Shown piece after piece: positions 46,479-56,320 of a stretch of DNA of 64,000 nucleotides. The position numbers were made by a program, and so were the translations under genes. Each line of letters opens with the position of its first letter. Position 1 is the stretch's first letter. The notes under the pieces are model-generated. The model made no database searches. It was not told the DNA's origin and worked only from the letters and a program-made list of their open reading frames with translations. Location of the stretch: sequence record NC_052654.1; one strand, 5' to 3'. The stretch comes from Escherichia phage vB_EcoM-Ro121c4YLVW.

Positions 46479-46919
46479 TTAGGGGGAAATATTAGCGGTT
46501 ATATTTTAATTAAACCTGAAGATCTTCATTTATATGTCAACGAAGAAACAATAGCTGCAATTGATTATGATCAGATCGCTTTCCAAGCAGCGTCTGCATT
46601 AGAGAAAAGAACAATCATTGCGAAGCACATCCCTTCAGGTGCTCAAAAGGAATTTAAAAATAAGACAGAGTTTTGGGGTAAAAGCAAGACTAAAATTGGA
46701 GGTTGGCTAGGAGATACAAATGCAGAAAGAGCCTCCAAAAACAAACGTCCCTTCACAAAGGAAGAGTTCGAAATCATTGATAAGCAATACCCGCCAGAAG
46801 ATATCGGACACACCTTCCAAGCAGCTAAAACAAAAGTCTTAGGTATTCTAAAACATCTACGTTTAGAAAAATATTGCGGAGTTATTGGCGTAGGAAAAAC
46901 TTTCAGACACGCCTTCAAA

Positions 46920-47609
46920 ATGCCTGTAGAATATAAGTCTGAACGATTAGATATCAAACCACTTCAGCTTTCAGAAACCAAAGATTATCTTGTGGAGTTC
47001 CACAATGGTGATGTTGTTACTGTAATAGAGGCTGATGATGAGTTAGAGAAGTATGGTTTCCAAGGTTATAAAGATTATAAAAGGACGGGTAAATTTTCTT
47101 ATATCGTAGTGTCTATAGATAAAGATAGTTTACATACTCCTAGTATCCTTTTTAATTTCTACAAAGAGGATGGAGTATTTAAAAATCCAGATATAATTCT
47201 TATTGACGAGTCTATTGGCGATATATGGATCGTAGATAAAGGTAAAAAGAAAGAAGTTAAAGGTTGGGGCAGTTACTGGTTAGCATATCAGATGCTAATG
47301 GGAGATAAAACAGATAGTATCCGACCTTATCAAGATTTTGATATTAAGTTCGGAGATATTACTTGTTTTAATCTTCTTTCAGCTTGTAAAACTCAAGCAG
47401 AACTTTTCCAAACAGTTAAAGATACTTACTACTCATGGTTCCCAGATGGTGTTAATTTTACTTCTTGGGATGGAGAAGAAGTCCATATGACAACAGATGA
47501 ATGGATAGAAACAATTTTCCAGTTGGTATACATGAAACGCTGGGATAATGACGATACAACATTTGAGAGTATGCTTCAGTCATACATCTCGCAACAGGAG
47601 GCAGAGTGA
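46920..47609 (+). CDS. hypothetical protein; coding frame is open upstream to 46479 without canonical start
   Basis: 229 aa from first ATG; same frame has 147 further sense codons back to TAA stop of upstream gene. Confidence 0.5.
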   Translation: MPVEYKSERLDIKPLQLSETKDYLVEFHNGDVVTVIEADDELEKYGFQGYKDYKRTGKFSYIVVSIDKDSLHTPSILFNFYKEDGVFKNPDIILIDESIGDIWIVDKGKKKEVKGWGSYWLAYQMLMGDKTDSIRPYQDFDIKFGDITCFNLLSACKTQAELFQTVKDTYYSWFPDGVNFTSWDGEEVHMTTDEWIETIFQLVYMKRWDNDDTTFESMLQSYISQQEAE

Positions 47610-48565
47610 GCAGATTAACAGAAGAGCAGAAAGCAGATATCCTTAGTATGAGTGCAGAGGGTATGTCTTCTCGAAATATTGCAGCAATTGTTTTAGGTAG
47701 CCCAACAAGAAAAAGCACAGTAAATGATTTCCTTGCACGTTTCAGTGGAAGTAAACAAGAACCCGTTAAAAAGAAACAACCAGTTATTAAAATTATTGAT
47801 GTTGAAACTGCACCAGAGATTGCATATACTTTCCGTCGATTCAAAGCCTTCATTTCTCCAGACCAGGTGATTCGCAGAGGTTATTTGTTATCCTACTCTT
47901 CTGCTGACCTGTATACTGGTGAAGTGGAAGGTAAGAACTTGTCTTCTTATCCTCTTTTCGATATTGATCATACAGATGATTGGGAGCTTTGCCAAGATCT
48001 TTGGAACCTTCTGAATGAGGCAGATGTAGTTGTGGCACACAACGGATATAAGTTTGACCGTGCATACATTAACCAACGATTTGCATATCACGATATGGCT
48101 CCTCCTTCTAATTATGTAGTCGTTGATACATTGAAGGCAGCTAAGAAACAATTTGCACTTCCTTCCAACTCCCTTAAAGAAATGGGAGCATATTTCGAAA
48201 CAGAAAGTGAAAAACTGGATAACGAGGGGTTCCCTTTATGGAAAGCATGTTGTGAAGGTGATCGTGATGCTTTTGAACGTATGCAGATTTACAATGATGG
48301 CGATGTTGTTTCACTCCGTGATTTGTATATGAAAATCCTTCCGTGGATTCCACAGCATCCTAACTTATCCGCTTATTACCCAGATGAGAAAGTCCGTTGT
48401 TCTCGTTGCGGCAGTGATCATGTTCACGTTGTTACTGGTAAGCAATACCACACTGCGGTAAGTTCTTTCGATATCATTCGTTGTGAATCTTGTGGAGGTT
48501 TGTCACGTAGTAGAGCAAACACCAGATCCAAAGATAAACGAGCAGCAACTATTATTGGAATCTAA
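47606..48565 (+). CDS. DEDDh 3'-5' exonuclease with N-terminal HTH and C-terminal zinc ribbon
   Basis: Exo motifs IDVETAP, HNGYKFDRAYI, YNDGD; C-terminal CSRCG...CESCG; GTG start with SD AGGAGG. Confidence 0.65.
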   Translation: MSRLTEEQKADILSMSAEGMSSRNIAAIVLGSPTRKSTVNDFLARFSGSKQEPVKKKQPVIKIIDVETAPEIAYTFRRFKAFISPDQVIRRGYLLSYSSADLYTGEVEGKNLSSYPLFDIDHTDDWELCQDLWNLLNEADVVVAHNGYKFDRAYINQRFAYHDMAPPSNYVVVDTLKAAKKQFALPSNSLKEMGAYFETESEKLDNEGFPLWKACCEGDRDAFERMQIYNDGDVVSLRDLYMKILPWIPQHPNLSAYYPDEKVRCSRCGSDHVHVVTGKQYHTAVSSFDIIRCESCGGLSRSRANTRSKDKRAATIIGI

Positions 48566-48571
48566 TAATCA

Positions 48572-48594
48572 GGGAGCTTATTGCTCCCTTTTTT
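48572..48594 (+). terminator. intrinsic terminator
   Basis: GGGAGC-TTATT-GCTCCC followed by TTTTTT. Confidence 0.6.
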
Positions 48595-48595
48595 A

Positions 48596-48624
48596 TTGAC
48601 AAAAATTTGATATTAGTGTATACT
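48596..48624 (+). promoter_or_regulatory. sigma70-like promoter
   Basis: TTGACA, 17 nt, TATACT. Confidence 0.6.
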
Positions 48625-48651
48625 CTGCTAACCACAATAAAAGGAGGAAAT

Positions 48652-48879
48652 ATGAGCATTACATTAACAGGTAACGAAATTTTTGAACTGTTTGAAATGT
48701 TAGGTTTGAACTATACCATCGAGAAAGACCCAGATTTACTTGATGTTGAAATAACAATTCAAGAAGATACAGCAATCTACAATAATGATGGTGATGTTAT
48801 CTATCAAGGTAGGGTAGCTTATTATACAGACTACCCAGAAGAAGGCGCAGTAGGAATTCAGGAGGAAAATTATGTCTAA
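48652..48879 (+). CDS. hypothetical protein
   Basis: ATG at 48652 preceded by AAGGAGG. Confidence 0.5.
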   Translation: MSITLTGNEIFELFEMLGLNYTIEKDPDLLDVEITIQEDTAIYNNDGDVIYQGRVAYYTDYPEEGAVGIQEENYV

Positions 48880-49273
48880 TGCTTTTGATAATCAGGTTGA
48901 CGGTGATCACTACACAAAAATGGCAATGCAACCTATTGAACTAGCTTATTTGGTTGGTGGCACACCTTGTTTTTGCAAATTGGCAAAATACGCAACACGT
49001 ATTAAAGGTGAACGTCAGATTAACCTAGATAAAGCTATTCATTGTATTGAACTAGAAAGAACCCTTATGCAAAATAACACGTATATGGTTCGTGAAAATT
49101 ACCCATCTATGACAAATGCAGCTAAACATGATCAAGCTATGCTTCTTATTGATTTCTTCACAAAAGATCCTTTAATCCGAGTGGCACTGAAACACATGTA
49201 TAACTCTTCTTATGTAGATGCAGTTGAAGCTATTAAACAACTTAAGGAACGTATTAGTGGCGAGCAATACTAA
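48872..49273 (+). CDS. hypothetical protein
   Basis: 133 aa ORF. Confidence 0.5.
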   Translation: MSNAFDNQVDGDHYTKMAMQPIELAYLVGGTPCFCKLAKYATRIKGERQINLDKAIHCIELERTLMQNNTYMVRENYPSMTNAAKHDQAMLLIDFFTKDPLIRVALKHMYNSSYVDAVEAIKQLKERISGEQY

Positions 49274-49363
49274 ACAATATGGAGCAGGAGAAGTTTATAA
49301 AATATTCAACCGAAAAGGTGATAAACTTTTACTAACTTTGACTATTCCAGAAACAATGTGCAA

Positions 49364-49391
49364 GGCGGGGTTAGACCGCCTTTTGTTTTTT
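49364..49391 (+). terminator. intrinsic terminator
   Basis: GGCGG-GGTTAGA-CCGCC followed by TTTTGTTTTTT. Confidence 0.55.
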
Positions 49392-49461
49392 AAACACAAT
49401 ATCCCACCAGGGGAATATACAGCTAAAAAGGTGAGCAATATTGGCAGGTGAACCAAAAATA

Positions 49462-50016
49462 ATGTGGGGTGAAGGAACACCCTGGAAAACACAAGCTGAA
49501 TTTTATACTTATCTTAGGGGATGTTTTAGAAAAGCATGGATGAGACACCCTAATAAAATTAAGGTTATCAATGCAAGGCGTTTTAAAGTTGATCGAGTAG
49601 ATAAAGACGGCAATGTGATGATAGACAAGAAAACTGGAAAACCAAAACAAGTTTGGAATTGTGAGTGCGAAATATGTGGACATAGAGGAGGAATGAAAGA
49701 CTTCCAAGTGGATCATATTCACGCAGCAAAACAACTTCAATGTTTTGATGATATTCCTCTTTTTGTTTTCCGTTTAATCTATGTGAAAGAAGAAGATTTG
49801 CGAATGGTTTGTAAATTGTGCAACTCTATTCTTGCTTATGCAGACAAGCAAGGCATATCTTTTGAAGAAGCAAAAGCTGAAAAAGAAGCGATAGCTTTGT
49901 GTAGAGCTAAGAAAGATAAAGCGTGGCTGAAGAAGCGTAAAATAGAACCTGAAAGCACAGTAGCAAAACGCCGTAAACAAATAGTCAAAATCCTATTGCA
50001 GGAAATTGAAAGTTAG
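49462..50016 (+). CDS. Endonuclease VII-like Holliday junction resolvase
   Basis: CECEICGH, VDHIH, CKLCN arrangement as in T4 endo VII; ATG at 49462. Confidence 0.55.
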   Translation: MWGEGTPWKTQAEFYTYLRGCFRKAWMRHPNKIKVINARRFKVDRVDKDGNVMIDKKTGKPKQVWNCECEICGHRGGMKDFQVDHIHAAKQLQCFDDIPLFVFRLIYVKEEDLRMVCKLCNSILAYADKQGISFEEAKAEKEAIALCRAKKDKAWLKKRKIEPESTVAKRRKQIVKILLQEIES

Positions 50017-50052
50017 TATAAGATAACTATACTGAAAGAGAGAGGAGGTTTT

Positions 50053-50661
50053 ATGCAGATAGTATGTGATTGGGATTTAGTTGTGGCTCCATTAGATGTT
50101 GCTTGGTTAGAATGGTTGAATAAGATTAGTGGACTTGGTGTTAAGATAGATACATTCACAAAAAATGCAGACTATGATCTTACCAACTACTTTCCTGGTT
50201 TCAGGGAGGAGTTCAATATAGATCCTTACGGATTTCTGGATAATCCTCATCTCTATGATACAATGGGTTTTGTTCCAGGTATGCCAGATTTCTTAAAGTA
50301 TGTTTCAAGGAAAGGTAGCAATCTTTTGATCGCAAGTGTGACAAAAGGTGGTCACTTAAGTTCTAAACATAAGCATGTTTTAAGAACGTTAGATACGATT
50401 GATTTTAGCAAAGGATCTGGTAACGGCTTTTTTGCTACGAAAGAAAAATACTTATTGCCTTGTGATATAGCAATAGATGACAGGGCTGATAACCTACTAT
50501 ATTTTCCAGATGAAGTGGTTAAAATATATTTTAATACGCCTTATAAAGATAACCATCTAGAAGAACTAAAGAAAAAACCAAATGTTGTGATCACAGGTTT
50601 AGAAGATCAGTGGCTAACATGTTTGGATGTTTTTAACACTTTGAACAATTTTAAAAACTAA
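50053..50661 (+). CDS. HAD-family 5'-(deoxy)nucleotidase
   Basis: motif I VCDWDLVVA (DxD), motif IV IAIDDRADN. Confidence 0.5.
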   Translation: MQIVCDWDLVVAPLDVAWLEWLNKISGLGVKIDTFTKNADYDLTNYFPGFREEFNIDPYGFLDNPHLYDTMGFVPGMPDFLKYVSRKGSNLLIASVTKGGHLSSKHKHVLRTLDTIDFSKGSGNGFFATKEKYLLPCDIAIDDRADNLLYFPDEVVKIYFNTPYKDNHLEELKKKPNVVITGLEDQWLTCLDVFNTLNNFKN

Positions 50662-50670
50662 GGAGAAAAA

Positions 50671-51669
50671 ATGACAAAACAGATTTCGGCTAGTATTATT
50701 GCGCATTCCATCACTGAAGACGGAAAAGAGATTGTAACTTTCGAACTTGAATATCCACGTATTATTCATTCAGAACTGATGACTCACCGCCTGTTCAGTC
50801 GTAACGCTGCTTCTAGCCGTGCTATACCTGTTAAAACATTGATCGAAATGGTGCGAAATCAGCCTGCTCGTCCTTATCGTTTTGGGGCTAACCAACCTGG
50901 TATGCAGGACAAAGGTGTTGACCATGATGCTCTTATTGATGCAGGTTATACTGCTCAAGAGTGGTGGGATCTTGCCGCGCTTAGTGCAGCACGTTTTGCA
51001 GAAGAATTCTCTTTGGCAGGGTACCACAAACAAGTTGCAAACCGTCTTCTGGAACCTTTCCAACGAATTAAAACAGTTCTGACAGCAACAGAATATGAAA
51101 ATTTCTGGTGGCTACGTGATGACAAAGAAGCCGATCCTACTATCGAAGCTTTGGCTAAAGAGATGCACAAAGAGTATGAAGGATCTACACCAGAAGTGCT
51201 GAAACCAGGGCAATGGCACACACCTTATGTAGACCATTTCTATGATAGTATTGGCACAGAAGGTGACGATCATTTTGTTTTTGGTGGATACTACGTTCAA
51301 GATGAATCTGGAGAAGTTGTTGTGCTTACTTTGGAAGAAGCCAAAGCTATTTCAGCTTCGTGTTGTGCACAGGTTAGCTATCGTCGTTTAAATGCAACTA
51401 AAGATAAAGCTTTAGATATCTATGGTCGTTTGCTGACTGGGCGTAAGGTTCATGCTTCTCCGTTTGAACATCAAGCTACTCCAATGCAAGAAACATGCGA
51501 ACAATATGGAGAGAACTGTTTTGAAGATTTGTTTATCAATGCTCCTTGGGATTTTAACTCTTGGGAACCAGGTATTACCCATGTAGATCGTAATGGTAAG
51601 TTTTGGTCTGGCAATTTCAAAGGCTGGATTCAACATCGTCAACTTTTAACAAATCATACTAAATGGTGA
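50671..51669 (+). CDS. thyX: ThyX-like flavin-dependent thymidylate synthase (atypical)
   Basis: ThyX-like THR-x7-SSR where RHR-x7-S is expected; 332 aa, longer than typical ThyX. Confidence 0.5.
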   Translation: MTKQISASIIAHSITEDGKEIVTFELEYPRIIHSELMTHRLFSRNAASSRAIPVKTLIEMVRNQPARPYRFGANQPGMQDKGVDHDALIDAGYTAQEWWDLAALSAARFAEEFSLAGYHKQVANRLLEPFQRIKTVLTATEYENFWWLRDDKEADPTIEALAKEMHKEYEGSTPEVLKPGQWHTPYVDHFYDSIGTEGDDHFVFGGYYVQDESGEVVVLTLEEAKAISASCCAQVSYRRLNATKDKALDIYGRLLTGRKVHASPFEHQATPMQETCEQYGENCFEDLFINAPWDFNSWEPGITHVDRNGKFWSGNFKGWIQHRQLLTNHTKW

Positions 51670-51685
51670 TCTGTTTAAATAGTTA

Positions 51686-51713
51686 TTGACTTTAGTATTA
51701 GTTTTAGTATAAT
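51686..51713 (+). promoter_or_regulatory. sigma70-like promoter
   Basis: TTGACT, 16 nt, TATAAT; followed by 5' UTR hairpin at 51727-51746. Confidence 0.65.
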
Positions 51714-51767
51714 ATAGCACAATACTGGGAGGAGGTGAGTCCTCCCATTCAAAATGAAGGAGAAAAT

Positions 51768-52178
51768 ATGTCATTAGTAAATACTACAACTTGGGCTACC
51801 GTAAGCATGTCTACTGTAATGTCTACCCCTATCTGGAAACTAGAATCAAATAAACACAATGGCAATATCCCACACGAGAAACAAAATGCTGTTATTAGAG
51901 CGTCGCTTGTAATGCTGGGTATGGCTGAAGATTCACACTATTCTGTTGAGCGTAATGTGAATATCCGAAGCAATAACGATAAGCGAGTAGTGTTTGCAAA
52001 TACAACGCTTTTCACTTTCCCTGTTTCACCTAATTGTGGTTTTAAACGAATCTACCAAGAAAATGATATTTTTCATTTTGGTGATGAAGAATTTACAGGT
52101 TGGGGTGCGTCACATATTAAGATGGATGATTTCGGTAACTCTTATGATCCTGCGAAAGCAGATGATACTAATCAATGA
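51768..52178 (+). CDS. hypothetical protein
   Basis: ATG at 51768 preceded by AAGGAG; track GTG start at 51735 lies in UTR hairpin. Confidence 0.5.
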   Translation: MSLVNTTTWATVSMSTVMSTPIWKLESNKHNGNIPHEKQNAVIRASLVMLGMAEDSHYSVERNVNIRSNNDKRVVFANTTLFTFPVSPNCGFKRIYQENDIFHFGDEEFTGWGASHIKMDDFGNSYDPAKADDTNQ

Positions 52179-52429
52179 GAGGGACAATGACTGATAATAA
52201 ATATGAAGGCTGTGAAATCGAAGTCTATTTTGATGAAACTGTTGGTTGTAATGTAACTGTAATTCTAGACACTTCAAAACGTTTATCTCCTAAAAGACAA
52301 GAAGCAGACCGTCGAGCAAAAGCAAAAGGGTTTGATGACATAACTCATTTTGAAGGTTTTCTATATGCTAATGGACTTTTTAATGAAATGAAGTTCGGTT
52401 ATGATGTAGATGTTTTGAATATGCATTAA
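52175..52429 (+). CDS. hypothetical protein
   Basis: 84 aa ORF, ATGA overlap. Confidence 0.5.
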   Translation: MRGTMTDNKYEGCEIEVYFDETVGCNVTVILDTSKRLSPKRQEADRRAKAKGFDDITHFEGFLYANGLFNEMKFGYDVDVLNMH

Positions 52430-52445
52430 TAATAGGGAGGAGAAG

Positions 52446-54686
52446 TTGATTCGTTTTGTAACTAAATCTAACGGTAAGACAGAGGAGTTTAATCCAGAAA
52501 AACTTCGTAAGTGGTCTGAATTTGCAGCAGGTAAACTAAACTGGTCTGAAATTGAATTAGAAGCTGTGAAGCGGTGTTATGACGGTGTGTCTACACGTGA
52601 TCTGCATAAAGCAATGATTGCAGCGTGTATTGACAAGAAAACACAAGCTTACAGTGATATGGCAGGAAGACTTCTTCTGGGTATGATTTACAAACAGGCT
52701 CATGGGGGATACCACAGTATCCCTTCACTGAATACCTTTTATCATGATATGGTAGAACGTGGACATTGGGCTAAAATGGATTATACCGATGAAGAGATCA
52801 AAGAAATCGGTAAGATTGTAAAGCATAATAAAAATCTAACTTATGGTTATTCTGTTTTACGTCAGATGGTAGATAAATATCTTATTCGAGATGCAGTAAA
52901 CGATGTGGTGCATGAGTCTCCACAGTTTCTTTTCATTGGTATCGCAATGAAGGTTATGGAGATCCAACCAAAAGAACGCCGTATAGAAGATATTAAAAAA
53001 CTTTATACTTATGTTAGCGATCTTAAGATTAATCTGCCATCGCCGTATCTGACAACTCTACGAACTCCAATCAAAGGAAGTGCGTCTTGTTGTTTATTCC
53101 GTGCAGACGATACGGCAGAGTCTTTAGCCATTGCTAATTACTTAGCTCATGAGTATACGTTGAATAACGCAGGTATTGGTGTTAATCTTCAAACTCGTGC
53201 CACAGGTCAAGGTGTTAAGAATAATCGTATTATTCATGGTGGTCTTCTTCCGTATCTGAAATGGATGGAAGATAGTGTTGGAGCTTCAAAGCAAGCAAGT
53301 CGTGGAGGTAGTGCTACAGTTACCTTTACCATACTTGAACCAGACTTCGACGATCTGATTCGACTGAAGAATCCAACAACACCTATAGATAAACGAGTAG
53401 ACAAACTGGATTATTCTATTGTTGTTAACCGTTCGTTCTTGCGTCGAGCAGCTAAAAACGAAGACTGGATGTTAGTTAGTTGTGATGATGCTCCTGAACT
53501 TTATGAAGCTTTGTATAAAAGTGAAGAAGAGTTTGATGCAGTTTATGACAAAGTAAGCCGACGTCGCATTAAGAAAAAATTCGTCAAGGCTCGTGATCTT
53601 CTTACAGAGATTATTGTTCAACGTGCAGAAACAGGACGTATTTACATGTTCTTTGCTGACAACGTTAACAACCATACACCTTTCTTGGATACGGTGTATC
53701 AATCAAACCTGTGTCAAGAGATCTTCTTACCAACTAAAGCTTTCCACAGTATGCCGGATCTCTTTACTGGTGAAAATACAGAAGATCAAGAATTGGCTTT
53801 ATGTTTCTTATCTTCTATTGTTGCTGGTCGTGTATTACCTGAAGAATATGAGGATGTTGCATACTACACTGTATTGACAATTGACAACGTTATTGAAACA
53901 ATGGATTATCCATTTAAACATAACGAAATAACTGCTAAAGCACGTAGATCTATTGGTGTAGGCATTACAAACTTAGCACATTACTTGGCAAGTAATTTTG
54001 TAAATTATTCAGATGATTATGCTAAAAAATTAATGCATGAACTTGCAGAACGTCATTACTTTTGGTTGGCAAAAGCCTCTTTGCGTCTGGCTAAGGAAAA
54101 AGGTAATGCAGAATGGATCGATAAGACCAAATGGCCTCAAGGTTGGCTACCAATTGACACCTATGCTAAAGCAGTAGATAGTGTCGGTAACTTTGATCTT
54201 AAAATGGACTGGGAAGGTTTACGTGCTGAAATCATTGAACAAGGTGGTATCCGTAATAGTGTCTTGGCTGCTATTGCACCTAATGAGTCCAGCAGTTTGG
54301 TAAGCAATACTACTAACTCTCTGTACCCTGTTCGTGATACTATTATGTATAAACAAAGTCAGAAAGGTAGTGTATTATTTATTGTTCCAGACTACGAAAA
54401 ACTGAAAATGTTCTACCAATCCGCCTGGGATACTCCGGCTAAAGATCTTGCAGAAATGTATGGTATCTTTACCAAGTTTACGGACCAAGGAATTTCTTGT
54501 GATTCTTGGCTAGATTATTCTAAATTGGTAGGTGGACGTTTATCAGTGAAAGCCGAGATGCAGTTTATTCTGAATTTTGCTAGATTGGGTGGCAAGTCAT
54601 TGTATTACCTTAATAGTAGAACAAAATCAGCAGATTCTTTAGCACAAGAAGATTCTGATGGTGGTTGTGAAGCTTGCAAGATGTGA
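52446..54686 (+). CDS. nrdA: ribonucleotide reductase class Ia alpha subunit
   Basis: 746 aa; N-terminal ATP-cone-like VTKSNGKTEEFNPEKL; C-terminal Cys pair; TTG start with SD GGGAGG. Confidence 0.85.
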   Translation: MIRFVTKSNGKTEEFNPEKLRKWSEFAAGKLNWSEIELEAVKRCYDGVSTRDLHKAMIAACIDKKTQAYSDMAGRLLLGMIYKQAHGGYHSIPSLNTFYHDMVERGHWAKMDYTDEEIKEIGKIVKHNKNLTYGYSVLRQMVDKYLIRDAVNDVVHESPQFLFIGIAMKVMEIQPKERRIEDIKKLYTYVSDLKINLPSPYLTTLRTPIKGSASCCLFRADDTAESLAIANYLAHEYTLNNAGIGVNLQTRATGQGVKNNRIIHGGLLPYLKWMEDSVGASKQASRGGSATVTFTILEPDFDDLIRLKNPTTPIDKRVDKLDYSIVVNRSFLRRAAKNEDWMLVSCDDAPELYEALYKSEEEFDAVYDKVSRRRIKKKFVKARDLLTEIIVQRAETGRIYMFFADNVNNHTPFLDTVYQSNLCQEIFLPTKAFHSMPDLFTGENTEDQELALCFLSSIVAGRVLPEEYEDVAYYTVLTIDNVIETMDYPFKHNEITAKARRSIGVGITNLAHYLASNFVNYSDDYAKKLMHELAERHYFWLAKASLRLAKEKGNAEWIDKTKWPQGWLPIDTYAKAVDSVGNFDLKMDWEGLRAEIIEQGGIRNSVLAAIAPNESSSLVSNTTNSLYPVRDTIMYKQSQKGSVLFIVPDYEKLKMFYQSAWDTPAKDLAEMYGIFTKFTDQGISCDSWLDYSKLVGGRLSVKAEMQFILNFARLGGKSLYYLNSRTKSADSLAQEDSDGGCEACKM

Positions 54687-54694
54687 TGAAACTA

Positions 54695-54716
54695 GGGGCT
54701 TCGGCCCCTTTTTATT
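54695..54716 (+). terminator. intrinsic terminator/attenuator between nrdA and nrdB
   Basis: GGGGC-TTCG-GCCCC followed by TTTTT. Confidence 0.5.
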
Positions 54717-54730
54717 GAGGAGAATTTTAA

Positions 54731-55816
54731 ATGGCAGCAATTAATTTACACAATGAAGTTTACAAAACAGGAAAATATCCAGTATTTTTAGGGGAACAAT
54801 TAGGGATTTTTGATTCTGTTAACGTAACTTATCCAGAGATGCACAAACTCTACAAACTTCAAAAAGCACAAGATTGGGATGAGAATGAAGTCAATCTGGA
54901 TCAAACACGTAAAGATTTCGTAGCTTGTTCTAAAAACAACTATGATGTTATGATTAAAAACTTATCGTTCCAATGGGAAAATGATTCTCTTGCAAAATCA
55001 ATCATCACTTTGTTCTCTCCATTCTTGAGTAACAATGAAGCCTGTGCTATGATGATGAAGCAGAGTGAAATGGAAGTTCTCCATGCGTTAACGTATTCTG
55101 AAATAATCCGTCAATGTACTCCAGATCCAATCGAAGTCATCAATCAGATTATGATTAATGATAAAATTTTCAATCGTATGGGTATCATTGCTGATATCAT
55201 GGGTCAGTTGGAAGAAGCTGGTCATAAGTATGCTCTAGGATTGATTGAAGCTAACGATGAACTTCGACTGCTGATTCTTAAAGGGATGGTAGCCCTGATT
55301 GGATTAGAAGGTATTCAGTTTATATCTTCCTTCTCTGCTACTTTTGCTATGGCAGAACAACAACTGTTTGTTGGGGCTTGTAAACTGATCCAGAAAATTA
55401 TGCTAGATGAAATCTTGCATGTTAAGATGGATTACGCTGTAATTGATGCATTGATGCATGACCCAATTTGGCGTAAAATTTACGAAGATAATATTGAAGA
55501 GTTGACTTTGATCCTCGACACTGTTGTTGAACAAGAGGAACAGTGGTGTGACTACCTGTTTAGTGAAGGGCGTTTTATTGTAGGTCTTAACGCCGAATTG
55601 TCTAAACAGTGGGTTTATTTCAATGCTGCTCCTATTTATCGTCGATTGAAAATGAAAGCCAAGTTTAAAGCACCTAAACATAGTCCTTTAGCTTGGATGG
55701 AAAAATGGTTGAATCCTGATTTGATTCAGTCAGCAGCCCAAGAGATTCAGTTAACTAATTACAAATTGAATTCAGCTAACAAAGATCTCTCTGATGATGA
55801 GGAGCTTGACTTCTAA
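54731..55816 (+). CDS. nrdB: ribonucleotide reductase class Ia beta subunit
   Basis: 361 aa ferritin-like; immediately downstream of nrdA. Confidence 0.8.
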   Translation: MAAINLHNEVYKTGKYPVFLGEQLGIFDSVNVTYPEMHKLYKLQKAQDWDENEVNLDQTRKDFVACSKNNYDVMIKNLSFQWENDSLAKSIITLFSPFLSNNEACAMMMKQSEMEVLHALTYSEIIRQCTPDPIEVINQIMINDKIFNRMGIIADIMGQLEEAGHKYALGLIEANDELRLLILKGMVALIGLEGIQFISSFSATFAMAEQQLFVGACKLIQKIMLDEILHVKMDYAVIDALMHDPIWRKIYEDNIEELTLILDTVVEQEEQWCDYLFSEGRFIVGLNAELSKQWVYFNAAPIYRRLKMKAKFKAPKHSPLAWMEKWLNPDLIQSAAQEIQLTNYKLNSANKDLSDDEELDF

Positions 55817-56025
55817 TGATTTTGAGATGTGTTGGTATAATCGACACATTCAAAGACGTTTTTGATAAAGGGGCTTCTTATGAAGCCTCTGAAATGAAGA
55901 ATGGTTTTTGTGATGTATTCGGTAAACGCCTGAAGAAAAACGGCGATCCTTGGCTAGGAGTTATGTCTTGTGGTCATATTATTGTAAATGGTGTTGCCAA
56001 ATTTGAAATAATTAAGGAGGAATAG
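55816..56025 (+). CDS. hypothetical small protein
   Basis: 69 aa ORF. Confidence 0.45.
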   Translation: MILRCVGIIDTFKDVFDKGASYEASEMKNGFCDVFGKRLKKNGDPWLGVMSCGHIIVNGVAKFEIIKEE

Positions 56026-56177
56026 TGGCTGAAAAACTTATTTTTTGTCCTGTGTGCGGTGGGACGGGACAGATGGAAGTGGAAATTATGGTAACATTTC
56101 CTTGCCTGAATTGTCATGGTGAGGGGCGAGTAGTAGTCTTTGAAAAAGAAGGGTTGGAGGTAGAAGATGGAGAGTGA
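56025..56177 (+). CDS. small zinc-ribbon protein (50 aa)
   Basis: GTG start after AAGGAGG; CPVCGG...CLNCHG; below track size cutoff, hand translated. Confidence 0.4.
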   Translation: MAEKLIFCPVCGGTGQMEVEIMVTFPCLNCHGEGRVVVFEKEGLEVEDGE

Positions 56178-56320
56178 AAAAGAGTATGTCCGCATTCCAC
56201 GAGAATTAACAGATCACATTGCAGAAGCAATAGCTTTCGAAGCTAGATGTTGTGGAGGTATTGCTTACGATATTTATGAAGCAATTATTAAAGCTGCTCA
56301 AGAAGAGGAGGAGATGAATA

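Noticed and set aside
49218-49451. 77 aa plus-strand track ORF between gene 48872-49273 and the Endo VII-like gene
   Set aside because: It spans a clear intrinsic terminator (49364-49391) and overlaps the upstream gene by 56 nt; at most a shorter peptide could be real
52446-54686. Checked NrdA for an intein
   Set aside because: 746 aa is normal for a class Ia alpha subunit and no Cys/Ser-initiated insert with terminal Asn was seen
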